Below are positions 52,806 to 63,309 of a stretch of DNA of 64,000 bases, piece after piece. A program made the translations under genes and the position numbers. The notes under the pieces were generated by a model that was given only the letters and a program-made list of their open reading frames with translations, did no database searches and was not told the origin of the DNA. The first letter of the stretch is position 1; each line of letters starts with the position of its first letter. The DNA lies in the IMG/VR virus record IMGVR_UViG_3300048625_000299, positions 1 to 64,000 of that record. The stretch is one strand, 5' to 3'.

Positions 52806-54359
52806 ATGAACCACTTCAATCTACCAAAAGGCCTTCTCGACTCCGTCAGCAAAGTGATGAAAGAAACGAAAGTCGACAACACACCTTTGCAAGAGAAACT
52901 TATTCAAGGCAACCAAGCTGCTGTTAAATCTACGACAGATTTCGACAACGCTGTTGCTTCCGTCGTTGCAGAAGGTCGTAAAAAGGCTGCTGCTGATCAA
53001 GCTAGATTCTTCGAAGCTTCTGTCGCTGCACATAAGGGTATGGGCAAGTCGATTGCTGAAAGCAATGTTGCTAAAGAAGAAGCGACTGTTGATTGTATCA
53101 TCGCTGAAAGCGCATTTGTAGAGATTGCTACTCGCATGAAGAATGTTGGTGTTGCTCGTCGCATGCAAAATGTGACAGAACAAAAAGAAACAATCGCTCA
53201 AATGGCACGCACATTCGCTGCTTCGTTTGACCAAGTGGTCGAATCTAATCTGTCAGCCGAGCTTCGTAGTGAGGAAGCTATCCAAGAAGCATTGCAAGCT
53301 GTTAAGGCTGAAATCCGCACTCAAATGTTGAATGCTGTCAATGTTGCTAATGCAGCACGTGTCGTCGACGAAGCATATAAGATTGTTGCTTTGTTGTCTG
53401 TTCAAGAGGCATTGAAGGGCAAGCAAAAGAAGCTCGATGCTAACAAGAATGGCAAGATCGATGCAAATGATTTTGAAGTATTGAAGTCACGCCATGCTAA
53501 GACAGGTTCTGATGCTGTTGACGAAGGCAAAGTCCTTGATACGCTGAAGAAGGTCGGCAAGAAAGCACTCGAAACTCTCGGCCACGGCTCCGATGAAGAT
53601 CTGAGAAAAGATCTCCAAAAGAAGATGGGTGCTAAGCCAGAACAACAAACTGGCAAGAAAAGCATGGCTACGTACAACGAAGATGTTGAGCAAGTTGATG
53701 AATTGAAGAAGTCTACACTAGCATCCTATGTCGATAAAGCAGCTCAATCTGCTGTTGGTAGCGGTATGGCTGCAGGCGATAAGCACACATTTACGGACAA
53801 CGCTCGCGCTAAGAATTTCAACAGCGCATTGACTCGCTTGTCTAACATCAAGAAGGCCACAAAACGTCTGGCCAAAGAAGAAGTAGAAATAGGAGAAGAT
53901 GTGGAATTGACGTTGGAAGATTTTACATTGGAAGAGTTGCAAGACTTCATCATCTCTGAAGATTTCCAACAATTGGACGAACTTGGCCGTGCAACATTGA
54001 CTAACTATATCACAAAGGTTGCTAACCAACGTGGCGCTCAAGCTGGTTCACGTACAGCTGGTTTGATGGCTGCTGCTAAGAGACTTCGTGCAATGAAGAA
54101 GAAGCCAGCTATGGCTGAGGAAGTCGAACAAGTCGAAGAAGATCGTTCAACTGGTACAGTGTTTGATGCCAAGGTTGCAGCTCAATTCAAGAAGAAGAAG
54201 CCAGGCGAAAGTGCTGGATTTGATTCTAAGAAGACTTCCACAGGCACTGTGTATAATAGAAAGCCAAAGAAGGACGAAGAAGACGATGTGAAGGAATCTG
54301 TGTTGTCTTCTGAAGAAGCAGATCGCATCGCCCAAATTGCTAAAGATCTGGGGCTGTAA
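52806..54359 (+). CDS. putative internal head protein with repeats
   Basis: E-rich linkers, repeated EL-x3-TLxxYxxK module. Confidence 0.65.
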   Translation: MNHFNLPKGLLDSVSKVMKETKVDNTPLQEKLIQGNQAAVKSTTDFDNAVASVVAEGRKKAAADQARFFEASVAAHKGMGKSIAESNVAKEEATVDCIIAESAFVEIATRMKNVGVARRMQNVTEQKETIAQMARTFAASFDQVVESNLSAELRSEEAIQEALQAVKAEIRTQMLNAVNVANAARVVDEAYKIVALLSVQEALKGKQKKLDANKNGKIDANDFEVLKSRHAKTGSDAVDEGKVLDTLKKVGKKALETLGHGSDEDLRKDLQKKMGAKPEQQTGKKSMATYNEDVEQVDELKKSTLASYVDKAAQSAVGSGMAAGDKHTFTDNARAKNFNSALTRLSNIKKATKRLAKEEVEIGEDVELTLEDFTLEELQDFIISEDFQQLDELGRATLTNYITKVANQRGAQAGSRTAGLMAAAKRLRAMKKKPAMAEEVEQVEEDRSTGTVFDAKVAAQFKKKKPGESAGFDSKKTSTGTVYNRKPKKDEEDDVKESVLSSEEADRIAQIAKDLGL

Positions 54360-54360
54360 T

Positions 54361-55611
54361 ATGAAGAAGTTCATCCAACTGGTCAATGAGATCAAGATGA
54401 GCGACAGCGAGGAAGCGCGTAGTGTTGCATATAGTGGCAAACGCGCTACTAATCTTCTCAAGCACTCATGGGCACAACATGATGTCAGCAAAGAGAAGAA
54501 GACAGCCGGCGATGTAGAGGGTGCAGCGAAGGCTGCGTCTACTGGCAGCCGCGCCCACAAGCTGTATTTGAAAGCTCAGAAACAACATCAGGCCCGTACG
54601 CCAGAGCAACACAATGCTCGCGCATCACAAATGATGTCTGGCGCATCGCAAGACTATAAAGACCAAGAAAAGAAGCGTGGTGTTGGTCACGTTCGTGATT
54701 CTGTAGAATTGAGTGGCCCAGCAATCAATGAGATTAGTAAGCAGCTAAGAGATCGCTACGTGGAACGTGCTGTAACCGCCCATGGCGGTTATAATATGGC
54801 TCGTCGCAACACGACAGGTAAGGACCAAGAGTACTTTGCTCGTAAAGAAGCCAATACTAAGAAGGGCATCGCCCGTGCCCTCAGCGATCACCGCCTTGCT
54901 AAAGAAGAAGTCGAACAGGTCAATGAAATCTCTAAAGAGCTTGCAAACCGGTACATGCATTCGGCCATTGCTGATCGCAGAAATATTGACCGTAAGACGT
55001 TAAAGTTGCAGGCCAAGCAAAGTGGTGGAGATAAGTTTTTTGTAAATCACAAGAAAATTTCAAAGTTGCTAGCAAAGAGTGATAAGCGCACTACTGGTAT
55101 TAGTCGCGCCCTGTCTACAATTACTAAAGAAGAAAGCGACGTTTGCCACGTATGCGGTCAGACGCCTTGTAACTGTACTCATATCGCCGAAGTATCTAAG
55201 AAGGCATTGGGTTCATATATCGAAAAGGCAGTTGCTGACAAAGAAACTGCAGCTACTGCATCATCGTTTGTCGCAGGACGTCATGGTAAACAAGTGTATA
55301 ATGATGCTAGTGAATCGCCACGCGAACAAAAGCGTGCCGTAGGAATCAAAAAAGCATTGACACGTCTTACTAAAGAAGAAAATGAACTACAGTCCAAGGA
55401 AAATATCAACGAGTTGAAAGTTTCTACGTTACTGCGTTATACTACGAAAGCCAACAGATCTGCAACCAAACTTGGCGGGGATGCTGCGCGCGCAAGAGAC
55501 AGCGGCGATATGGAATCATGGGCTAAGAAAGCAAATAAGGCCGATGTCCGCGAAAAGGGTATCCGTGTTGCTACTTTCAAAATGCATAAACAATTAAACA
55601 AGGGTAAGTGA
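54361..55611 (+). CDS. putative internal head protein with four repeats
   Basis: MKKFIQLVNE start; repeated modules. Confidence 0.65.
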   Translation: MKKFIQLVNEIKMSDSEEARSVAYSGKRATNLLKHSWAQHDVSKEKKTAGDVEGAAKAASTGSRAHKLYLKAQKQHQARTPEQHNARASQMMSGASQDYKDQEKKRGVGHVRDSVELSGPAINEISKQLRDRYVERAVTAHGGYNMARRNTTGKDQEYFARKEANTKKGIARALSDHRLAKEEVEQVNEISKELANRYMHSAIADRRNIDRKTLKLQAKQSGGDKFFVNHKKISKLLAKSDKRTTGISRALSTITKEESDVCHVCGQTPCNCTHIAEVSKKALGSYIEKAVADKETAATASSFVAGRHGKQVYNDASESPREQKRAVGIKKALTRLTKEENELQSKENINELKVSTLLRYTTKANRSATKLGGDAARARDSGDMESWAKKANKADVREKGIRVATFKMHKQLNKGK

Positions 55612-56471
55612 TGAAAAAATTAACAGATATTGTTGAGGTTGCAAAGTTGATGCATCCGAACGCACTGCATGTGAGTCCAGTAAAGGTTGACGGCCAGACA
55701 AAATATAAAGTCAAAGCTGTTGGTAAGAACCTTGCCGATGGTATCAAGGTAGGTGAACATTTGACCGATACTCACTTGGACGATGCTGCCGAGATGGGCG
55801 CTAAGATCAAACACATCAAGGAAGATGTCGAACTCGATGAAGCAATTAAGATCGGTTCTAAAGTAAAAGTTCATGCTCCAGGTAAAGACTACCACGGTGA
55901 GGTTGGACACGTTGGCGAAATCCGCCATGGTGCATACAAAGGCGCTCCGAAGACGTACACAGTTGACTATAGCGATAGCAAATCGGTGCAGCTTGGTAAG
56001 GATAGTATCAAATCAATCAAAGAAGAAGCTGAGCAGATCGATGAGATCTCTACTGGCAAGTTGGCCGACTATGTCGCCGCTGCATCAAGAGATGTCGGCC
56101 GCCGCATCGAAAAGGCTGAGCCGGGCATTGAGCCATTCAAGAAAGTACTGAAGCGTTCAGGAAAGATCGGTAGAGCATTGGGTGCTATCAAATACAAGGC
56201 TAAACAAGGCGTGAAAGAAGAAGTTGAGCCAGAAGCAGATATGAACATCTTGGTTCAACTGAGAAAGCCAATCGATATTCTAGAACATGGCACACAAGGT
56301 GGTGCTGATATCGTGTTCGGAGATGGACAAAAATTATTCGTTGAAGGTACTGTGGCTAAGAAGCTAGTCGAATCAATGGAACAACTCAAACCAGAAGACA
56401 GAGTGAAGGTTGCAGAGTTTCTGTACCAATCGCACGACAATATGATGTCTGTGTTTGCCCGTCTCAAATAA
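55608..56471 (+). CDS. putative internal head protein
   Basis: One repeat module; E-rich linkers. Confidence 0.6.
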   Translation: MMKKLTDIVEVAKLMHPNALHVSPVKVDGQTKYKVKAVGKNLADGIKVGEHLTDTHLDDAAEMGAKIKHIKEDVELDEAIKIGSKVKVHAPGKDYHGEVGHVGEIRHGAYKGAPKTYTVDYSDSKSVQLGKDSIKSIKEEAEQIDEISTGKLADYVAAASRDVGRRIEKAEPGIEPFKKVLKRSGKIGRALGAIKYKAKQGVKEEVEPEADMNILVQLRKPIDILEHGTQGGADIVFGDGQKLFVEGTVAKKLVESMEQLKPEDRVKVAEFLYQSHDNMMSVFARLK

Positions 56472-56515
56472 TCCATAAATAACAACAATAACAATAATTC
56501 TTAGGAGAGAAAACC

Positions 56516-57364
56516 ATGGCACTATGGGGAAAAAACGATGCTGCTTCTAACAGCGTCATCTATGCAGTAAACCAATTTGGCGTAACTGCTAATAGCGACA
56601 ACAGAACAGCATTCTATGGCAACACTACTCAGGGCGCTATCCAAGCTGGCGTTGCTGTCGGTCAATTTGCTGTTAGCGCTGCAGAAGCTGGCGTTGATGG
56701 TGGTCCAGTCGTCGACATTGTGATTCTTACTAGCGGCTCTGGATACACTGCTAATGCGACAGTCACTTTGACAGCAGTCAATGGTGGATCTAGCGCAGTG
56801 GCAAATGCTCAAGCCAACGCAACTGGTCGTATCGCAGCATTGAATGTGTCTACAGCAGGTTCTGGATACAAGTCTAGCCCAACAGTAACAGTCGCAGCTC
56901 CAGCTGCTACAGCGTTCAATGCTAACACAGCTGTTACAGGCGGTACAGGCAACAACGGCAATAGCGTTATCACTATCGCATCAGCTGGCAAGTTTGCTGC
57001 TGGTGATAAGATCACATACGCAGTCGCTGCAGGCAACACAGCAGTTAGCCCATTGGTAACTGGCACACAATACTTCGTTCAATTTGCTAATTCCACAGTC
57101 GTTGCTCTTGCAGCTACTAAGGGCGGCTCACGTATCGTGTTGGTTCCAAGCGATACGAGCGAAACTGGCCACACTCTGCAAGGTGAGACTGCTACTGGCG
57201 TCGCATCTGTTGGTGGCGGTGCAAACAAGAAAGCAACTGCTGGCTGGAACATCCGTAAAGAAGGTTCTGGCGGCCGTGCAGGACGCGTGCAGTACGAGTG
57301 TTTGGTTGCTATGCGCAACATCACCGGCGACGGCAGCGACGATACTGTTCTTCCAGACGCATAA
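56516..57364 (+). CDS. virion structural/decoration protein
   Basis: A/G/T/V-rich; MALWG...GRAGRVQYECLVAM. Confidence 0.7.
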   Translation: MALWGKNDAASNSVIYAVNQFGVTANSDNRTAFYGNTTQGAIQAGVAVGQFAVSAAEAGVDGGPVVDIVILTSGSGYTANATVTLTAVNGGSSAVANAQANATGRIAALNVSTAGSGYKSSPTVTVAAPAATAFNANTAVTGGTGNNGNSVITIASAGKFAAGDKITYAVAAGNTAVSPLVTGTQYFVQFANSTVVALAATKGGSRIVLVPSDTSETGHTLQGETATGVASVGGGANKKATAGWNIRKEGSGGRAGRVQYECLVAMRNITGDGSDDTVLPDA

Positions 57365-57368
57365 GTAG

Positions 57369-57698
57369 ATGACGATCAATCGCGCAAAAAAGATATCAGA
57401 GTTGGTGGCGATGACGTCGCCTTCTCCTGATGACTTGCTGGTCATAGTAGACACACCTTCCGCCAACGCTGTTACTAAAAAGGTGACTGTTGGCGCTTTG
57501 TTGGGCAACAGTTCTGCTAACGTAACTGTTAGCAATAATTCGTTCTTGTCTACGAGAAATATGATCGTCCGCCGTAAAGAAACGCCCATTGGTTCTAATA
57601 CCAACGACCAATTGGGCACGATTTACTTTGATGATAACTATCTTTATATTGCTACATCAAATGGTGCGATAAAGAGGGTTCCCCTAAACTCATTCTGA
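57369..57698 (+). CDS. putative fibre-associated structural protein
   Basis: KKISEL, DDNYLYIA. Confidence 0.6.
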   Translation: MTINRAKKISELVAMTSPSPDDLLVIVDTPSANAVTKKVTVGALLGNSSANVTVSNNSFLSTRNMIVRRKETPIGSNTNDQLGTIYFDDNYLYIATSNGAIKRVPLNSF

Positions 57699-57702
57699 TA
57701 TT

Positions 57703-58101
57703 ATGACAGACAAGGTTGACGAGACCAATTTTTTATTATACGCTGCGAAGCACTACGACAACCCTCATTGTTATGATACTGTTGAGTTCTATGAAGATTT
57801 AAACAGGTTCAAATATATCAAACGATTGTTGAACAAATACCAGGAGAGTGGTGATATCAAAGAAAGATTGATTATCAACCACTTGACTGTGATTTATAAT
57901 GTATTCGGTGCTGTTGCTGGGACGAGATTGTTGTTCTTGAAATTGAGAGAACACTTATCGATGGTCAAGCCATTCCTCTTACTGATGGGCACATGCCCTG
58001 ATGTTGTAGAGGCGATCGGACTAGAAGGTAAGAATATACACACCAGCGACATAGATATGGATCCGGTAATAGTGGAAGTACTAAGGAAAATAAATGGCTA
58101 A
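57703..58101 (+). CDS. conserved T4-like hypothetical protein
   Basis: YAAKHYDNP, DLNRFKYIKRL, RLIINH. Confidence 0.8.
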   Translation: MTDKVDETNFLLYAAKHYDNPHCYDTVEFYEDLNRFKYIKRLLNKYQESGDIKERLIINHLTVIYNVFGAVAGTRLLFLKLREHLSMVKPFLLLMGTCPDVVEAIGLEGKNIHTSDIDMDPVIVEVLRKING

Positions 58102-58597
58102 TAAATTAGTCGACTCATATTTGGTATACCAACTTGTCAGCCGACTGATTAAGCCATTTGCTCAGTGGGATGCTTTCAGACTGGGTATCATTGACAAAGA
58201 CGGTAATGTCATTAAACACCGTAAAGATTTAACACCCCAAGAGGAAGAGACTTGGGGTTATTTTGATATTCTCGTTGCGAATATTAAGAAGATGATTGGT
58301 AAGTTGCCTGGCGGGAAAACTCGCCTTGCAAACTTTGCTGCTGCGGTGTTCTTGATGAAGGAGCACAAGCAGTACTCTGAAGATCAAATTGATCAATTGG
58401 TTGAGGCTTGTGAAAAGCATCTCACTTCCTTGCAGGAGGATATGGGCGCTGTTGCTATTAATAATGTAGGCCAAGGTAGCATTGCGAGTGTGGGTGTAGG
58501 GCCTAATGGTGAACCTCCTGGCAAGCTGGCTGTAATGAAAAAAGCAAGAATGCTGACGAGGAAAAAACTAAATGTGGGTTCTAAAATTTCTACCTGA
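58094..58597 (+). CDS. conserved T4-like hypothetical protein
   Basis: WDAFRLGIIDKDG. Confidence 0.75.
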   Translation: MANKLVDSYLVYQLVSRLIKPFAQWDAFRLGIIDKDGNVIKHRKDLTPQEEETWGYFDILVANIKKMIGKLPGGKTRLANFAAAVFLMKEHKQYSEDQIDQLVEACEKHLTSLQEDMGAVAINNVGQGSIASVGVGPNGEPPGKLAVMKKARMLTRKKLNVGSKIST

Positions 58598-58985
58598 TTG
58601 GGTATTCTACGGATTAACACTAATCGGTTTCGCTGGTTTATTTTTAAGTAAATACATTCCCGCCTACTATAGAACAGCCGCGCTACCAGTAGCAGCGGCT
58701 TTCTTCGTTTTCGGCGTCTATATGAGTGGCGCTATTTCCAACGAAGCATGGTGGCAGGCTAAAGTAAAAGAGCTGGAAGAAAAGATCGCAGTAGCTGAAC
58801 AACAAAGCAAAGAAGCAATTAACAAACTGACGACAAAGCTAGATACCAAGACAGAAGCGTTGAAGCAACGTAATGTAGAGAGTATCAAATACATAGAAAT
58901 TGAACGCGAGAAGATCGATGCTACATGCACGGTTCCACAAGAGTTCATATTCATAGTTAACAAAGCTGCAGAGCAACCACAATGA
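58572..58985 (+). CDS. inner-membrane spanin (Rz-like)
   Basis: N-terminal TMs plus coiled coil; lysis context. Confidence 0.65.
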   Translation: MWVLKFLPDWVFYGLTLIGFAGLFLSKYIPAYYRTAALPVAAAFFVFGVYMSGAISNEAWWQAKVKELEEKIAVAEQQSKEAINKLTTKLDTKTEALKQRNVESIKYIEIEREKIDATCTVPQEFIFIVNKAAEQPQ

Positions 58986-59290
58986 AATCATTTATAGCAT
59001 TCATAAGAGAGTCTGAACTAGCGGACGTAATTGTTCGTCTAGACGCACACAGAGCGAAGCTGGCGAAACTACCAGCAGATAAGCATATCGAGAAGTTGGA
59101 TAAGACTGCTCATACTATCCGCAATCATGTAATGTCGGGCGGCAATACAAATCATGCTCGTGCACATGAGTTGATTAGTAGATATGATAGTCACTATGAG
59201 GCATTGAAGGACAATCATCCAGAAGCGCACCGTGCATGGTTAAAGAGTAGGGGTGCTGTTTCGCATAGTGGGTTCGACCTATACGCATAA
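58982..59290 (+). CDS. hypothetical protein with capsid-targeting-like N-terminus
   Basis: MKSFIAFIRE; His-rich. Confidence 0.55.
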   Translation: MKSFIAFIRESELADVIVRLDAHRAKLAKLPADKHIEKLDKTAHTIRNHVMSGGNTNHARAHELISRYDSHYEALKDNHPEAHRAWLKSRGAVSHSGFDLYA

Positions 59291-59300
59291 GAGGAAAAGT

Positions 59301-59561
59301 ATGAAGTATGCATTGATTATGGCTTTAGTATTGACTGGTTGTTCGACAGCTGTCCCGGTGAGTAGAAGCTTTCCTGGCATCCCGGATAAATTAATGGAGA
59401 AGTGTCCTCCACTAAAAACACTCAAAGAAGATGTGCGGTTGAGCGATGTCGCAGAAACGACGGTGAGCAACTACACGACATATTATGAATGTTCAGTGAA
59501 AAATGATGGATGGATTGAATGGTATCAAGAACAGAAACGCATATTTGAAAGTGTGAAGTAG
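59301..59561 (+). CDS. outer-membrane spanin lipoprotein (Rz1-like)
   Basis: Lipobox LTGC, Pro-rich, CPPL. Confidence 0.75.
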   Translation: MKYALIMALVLTGCSTAVPVSRSFPGIPDKLMEKCPPLKTLKEDVRLSDVAETTVSNYTTYYECSVKNDGWIEWYQEQKRIFESVK

Positions 59562-59627
59562 CACTTTGTGAAAAGCTGATTGGAGTTTATATGATGGTTA
59601 CAAAAATAACAACTATAAGGAATCATC

Positions 59628-60251
59628 ATGGAACTGACGAAAGAACAGCTAAAGCAGCTGCTCCCTAAAAACCCATATATCGACCACTGGCACCACGCTC
59701 TAGAGCAATTGCTGCCAGATTATGAAATCAATACACCCGAGCGTATTGCAGCATTCATTGCTCAATGTTCACATGAGTCTGGTGGCTTCATGGTCCTCAA
59801 AGAAAACCTCAACTACAGACCAGCTTCATTACGTAAGCTATTCAGTAAGTACTTCCCAACAGACGACCTTGCTGAAGCGTACTGCAAGATGCCTAACAAG
59901 CAAGAAGCAATCGCCAATAGAATCTATGCTAACCGCATGGGTAATGGCGATGAGCATTCTGGAGACGGATACCGCTACTGTGGACGCGGTCTTATCCAGC
60001 TGACTGGTAAATCTAATTACGAAGCATTCGCTGCATCGTTGGAAATCACACCAGAAGAAGCTTCTGAATACCTAGCAACTTTCGAAGGTGCAGCACAGTC
60101 TGCATGTTGGTTCTGGGAAAACAACAATCTAAATCAATGGGCCGATAAGGGTGATATTCTTACATTAACGAAGCGAATTAACGGCGGAACTATCGGATTA
60201 GAGGATCGAGTTAAACATTACGATCACGCTTTGCACGTATTAGGAGTATAA
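59628..60251 (+). CDS. glycoside hydrolase 19 endolysin
   Basis: FIAQCSHES, ENLNY, GRGLIQLTG, TKRINGG. Confidence 0.92.
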   Translation: MELTKEQLKQLLPKNPYIDHWHHALEQLLPDYEINTPERIAAFIAQCSHESGGFMVLKENLNYRPASLRKLFSKYFPTDDLAEAYCKMPNKQEAIANRIYANRMGNGDEHSGDGYRYCGRGLIQLTGKSNYEAFAASLEITPEEASEYLATFEGAAQSACWFWENNNLNQWADKGDILTLTKRINGGTIGLEDRVKHYDHALHVLGV

Positions 60252-60252
60252 C

Positions 60253-60723
60253 ATGGCAGAAGAAGTAAAAGTAGAAAAACAAGAAGAAGATTGGATGACG
60301 AAAAAATGGCGTCCAATGATGGCAATGATGTATATGCTTTGCTGTCTATGCGACTTCGCAATATTTCCGATCATGTTTACGATCGTTCAGTTCTGGGAAG
60401 TCCAGGCAGCGAATGATGCGTTCAGACAATGGGTTCCAATTACACTCCAAGGTGGTGGTCTATTCCACGTTGCCATGGGTGGTGTACTTGGTGTATCCGC
60501 ATATGGACGCACTCAAGAGAAGCTGGGTGGAGCGACCACTCCTAGCGTACCAACTCCAACGTTGACGACAGCTACACCAGTAGTCACAGCTCCAGTTGCT
60601 ACACCAGACCCTGCACCTACATACTCTACACCAGTCGTTGCTGCAGCGCCAGCTCCTGGTCCAGTCGTAGCAGGTTTCGGAGGTAAGGCAGCACCGCCAG
60701 CAGCTCCACAACCACTGATTTAA
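60253..60723 (+). CDS. putative holin
   Basis: WRPMM, TM segments, AYGRTQEK; next to endolysin. Confidence 0.65.
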   Translation: MAEEVKVEKQEEDWMTKKWRPMMAMMYMLCCLCDFAIFPIMFTIVQFWEVQAANDAFRQWVPITLQGGGLFHVAMGGVLGVSAYGRTQEKLGGATTPSVPTPTLTTATPVVTAPVATPDPAPTYSTPVVAAAPAPGPVVAGFGGKAAPPAAPQPLI

Positions 60724-60735
60724 GGATTCATAAAT

Positions 60736-60951
60736 ATGTCATACATCAAACTAATCATCTTGTCTATCGCTCTGACGATGGGCCTAGCATCTCCTGTCTT
60801 CGCTGAGGCACAGCTCAAAGAAGTATGTAAGGATACAGTCGGCAAGGACGGTAAGCCAGTCAAAAACAAAGACGGCTCAGTCAAGCAGACTTGTAAAAAG
60901 ATCAAGGTTCATAAAAAGCTCGAAGGGACGGAAGTACCTGTAAAGAAATAA
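60736..60951 (+). CDS. small exported protein
   Basis: Signal peptide, two Cys. Confidence 0.6.
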   Translation: MSYIKLIILSIALTMGLASPVFAEAQLKEVCKDTVGKDGKPVKNKDGSVKQTCKKIKVHKKLEGTEVPVKK

Positions 60952-60955
60952 GAAA

Positions 60956-61321
60956 ATGTCAGACAATGTCACTCGTATACGTGATTATGGTGGAGATGTT
61001 AGACAGCGTATTGCTTCCTTGGAAACGCAAATGCTAAACGTCGCCCACAGTGTGGAAAAGATTGAGACTCGTGTAGATACTCACTATCAAACCTTGCACT
61101 CGCGTATTAGTGATATGCGTGATGAACTCCGACAGGACATCGACGATAAGCACGAGAAACTGATTGCGAAATTGGACGAGCATGCTAAGAGCGAATCAGA
61201 AACAAATAAGTCTATGTCCACTAAAATTTCAGCGATGGAAAAATGGAGATGGATGATTATGGGAGGTGCTATTGTCGTGGGATACATCATCGCTCACGTC
61301 AAACTAGACAAATTGATTTGA
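60956..61321 (+). CDS. coiled-coil protein with C-terminal TM
   Basis: EKWRWMIMGG. Confidence 0.65.
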   Translation: MSDNVTRIRDYGGDVRQRIASLETQMLNVAHSVEKIETRVDTHYQTLHSRISDMRDELRQDIDDKHEKLIAKLDEHAKSESETNKSMSTKISAMEKWRWMIMGGAIVVGYIIAHVKLDKLI

Positions 61322-61391
61322 TTTGCAGTTGAATCGATCAACTAACCCCGGTATAGTCGACTTGTAGTTGAAAATATCGGGGTTTTATTTT

Positions 61392-62411
61392 ATGGATTGG
61401 ATTGATCAGAAGTATATTGGGCTTATTAGTAATAGAGTACAACTATTCAAGCGCCAGTCTAATACTTCTTACAACATGCGGTGTCCTATTTGTGGGGACT
61501 CTAAGACAAACAAACACAAAGCACGCGGTTACATTATCGAAAAGCCAGTTGTTGGGACGATTTACTTCTGTCACAACTGTGGTGCATCGATGTCGCTTAC
61601 TAATTTTCTCAGTCACATCGATAGCGATCTTACGGAGCAGTATAAACGCGACCGTTTCTTAGAACGTAACAATGTTGCTGAAAAGCCTCCTGAGCCAGAC
61701 ATTGCGAAGGTTGTGGTACCGAAGTATCTCAAAGGAAACGAGCCACTAAAGGCATTAAAGAAGATTTCACAGCTGGCACACGACCATCCTGCAAAGATAT
61801 ACGTGCAGAGAAGGAAAATCCCTTCCTCGTCGCATTTCAAGCTGTTCTATGCGCCAAAATTCAATGCTTGGGTTAATACGATTATACCTGAGAAGTTGAA
61901 CGAAGAGCACGATCAGCCTCGTCTTGTTATTCCGTTCATCGATAGAGCTGGAAATTTGTTTGGCTTCCAAGGTCGTTCCTTTGCAAAGAATCCCGCAATC
62001 CGGTATATTACGATTATGATCGACCCCATGAAACATAAGGTGTTTGGGCTAGATACATTAAACCCTTCAGGAATGGTGTGGTGTGTGGAAGGGCCAATCG
62101 ACTCGTTGTTTTTACCGAATTGTGTTGCGATGGCTGGAGCTGATGTCGATCTAAATACAATACTCCCTAATAAGCCCGCTAGCGAGTTCGTCGTCATCAT
62201 GGATAACGAACCACGCAACGAGCAGATCATTCGACGGATCGAAAATTCAATCGATCGTGGATACAACGTTTGCATCTGGCCAAACGACCTTCCTTATAAG
62301 GACGTCAATGATATGGTACTTGCGGGGCTTGATCCTGAGGCCATCATTAGAGATAATATTAAGTCTGGGTTGTCTGCGCTTGCAGCATTAACACAATGGA
62401 AAAAAATATGA
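61392..62411 (+). CDS. gp61: DNA primase
   Basis: RCPICGDS, CHNC, EGPIDSLF, DNEPRN, KDVND. Confidence 0.96.
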   Translation: MDWIDQKYIGLISNRVQLFKRQSNTSYNMRCPICGDSKTNKHKARGYIIEKPVVGTIYFCHNCGASMSLTNFLSHIDSDLTEQYKRDRFLERNNVAEKPPEPDIAKVVVPKYLKGNEPLKALKKISQLAHDHPAKIYVQRRKIPSSSHFKLFYAPKFNAWVNTIIPEKLNEEHDQPRLVIPFIDRAGNLFGFQGRSFAKNPAIRYITIMIDPMKHKVFGLDTLNPSGMVWCVEGPIDSLFLPNCVAMAGADVDLNTILPNKPASEFVVIMDNEPRNEQIIRRIENSIDRGYNVCIWPNDLPYKDVNDMVLAGLDPEAIIRDNIKSGLSALAALTQWKKI

Positions 62412-62596
62412 GTAAATTATTGAGTGAATTTGTACAGGATAGTCGTCGAGCTGTTGTACTCGCAGTCGACAACGGGTATGCAGTCGAGTTATGGGAAAGC
62501 GATACACTAAAGCGCACCCAAACTATTACTGGACATACAGAGCAGTATGCAGATGACTGCGCAGAGAATTGGGTAATCGGAGTAACTAAACAATAA
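62408..62596 (+). CDS. hypothetical protein
   Basis: YADDCAENWV. Confidence 0.65.
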   Translation: MSKLLSEFVQDSRRAVVLAVDNGYAVELWESDTLKRTQTITGHTEQYADDCAENWVIGVTKQ

Positions 62597-62600
62597 CATT

Positions 62601-63290
62601 ATGAAAATTAAATTAGTGAGCCATTCAAAGCCAACGAGAGATTTGGCATCAGAAGGTCTTTATGATATGCAGGAGCTGGTAGCATACTGCGCTAGGGTAT
62701 CTAATCCAGCTAATCAGATGAATATGGCGACATCTGAGAAATTGATCAAGTATCTAATCGCTAACCAACATTGGTCACCGCTCGAGATGGTTAGCGCATG
62801 TATCGAGATTGAAACGACCCGAGACATTGCAAGACAGATCCTACGTCATCGATCATTCTCTTTCCAAGAATTTAGCCAACGCTACGCTGACCCTACAAAA
62901 GAGTTGGATGAAGCCTTTGTCCTAAGAGAATGCCGGTTGCAAGATGAGAAGAATCGTCAGAACAGTATTCAGATTGATATTTCTAATCCCGATCAGCGTG
63001 CACTCGCTATCGAATGGGAAAGATCACAGAAGCGTGTTCTCACGTGGGTTAAACAAGAGTATGCATGGGCAATCAAGAGCGGTATTGCCAAGGAGCAGGC
63101 CCGCGCATTGCTCCCAGAAGGCCTAACAATCTCGCGTCTTTATATGAACGGAACATTGCGTTCTTGGATTCACTATATACAACTCCGTGCAGCAAACGGG
63201 ACTCAACGAGAGCATATTGAAATCGCTAAAGCATGTGCTGAAGTAATTGCAGAAGTCTTCCCACTGACTAAGCAATTGGTACAAGAATAA
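62601..63290 (+). CDS. thyX: flavin-dependent thymidylate synthase
   Basis: RHRSFSFQEFSQRY. Confidence 0.96.
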   Translation: MKIKLVSHSKPTRDLASEGLYDMQELVAYCARVSNPANQMNMATSEKLIKYLIANQHWSPLEMVSACIEIETTRDIARQILRHRSFSFQEFSQRYADPTKELDEAFVLRECRLQDEKNRQNSIQIDISNPDQRALAIEWERSQKRVLTWVKQEYAWAIKSGIAKEQARALLPEGLTISRLYMNGTLRSWIHYIQLRAANGTQREHIEIAKACAEVIAEVFPLTKQLVQE

Positions 63291-63309
63291 TAATAAAATT
63301 GGAGTGTTT

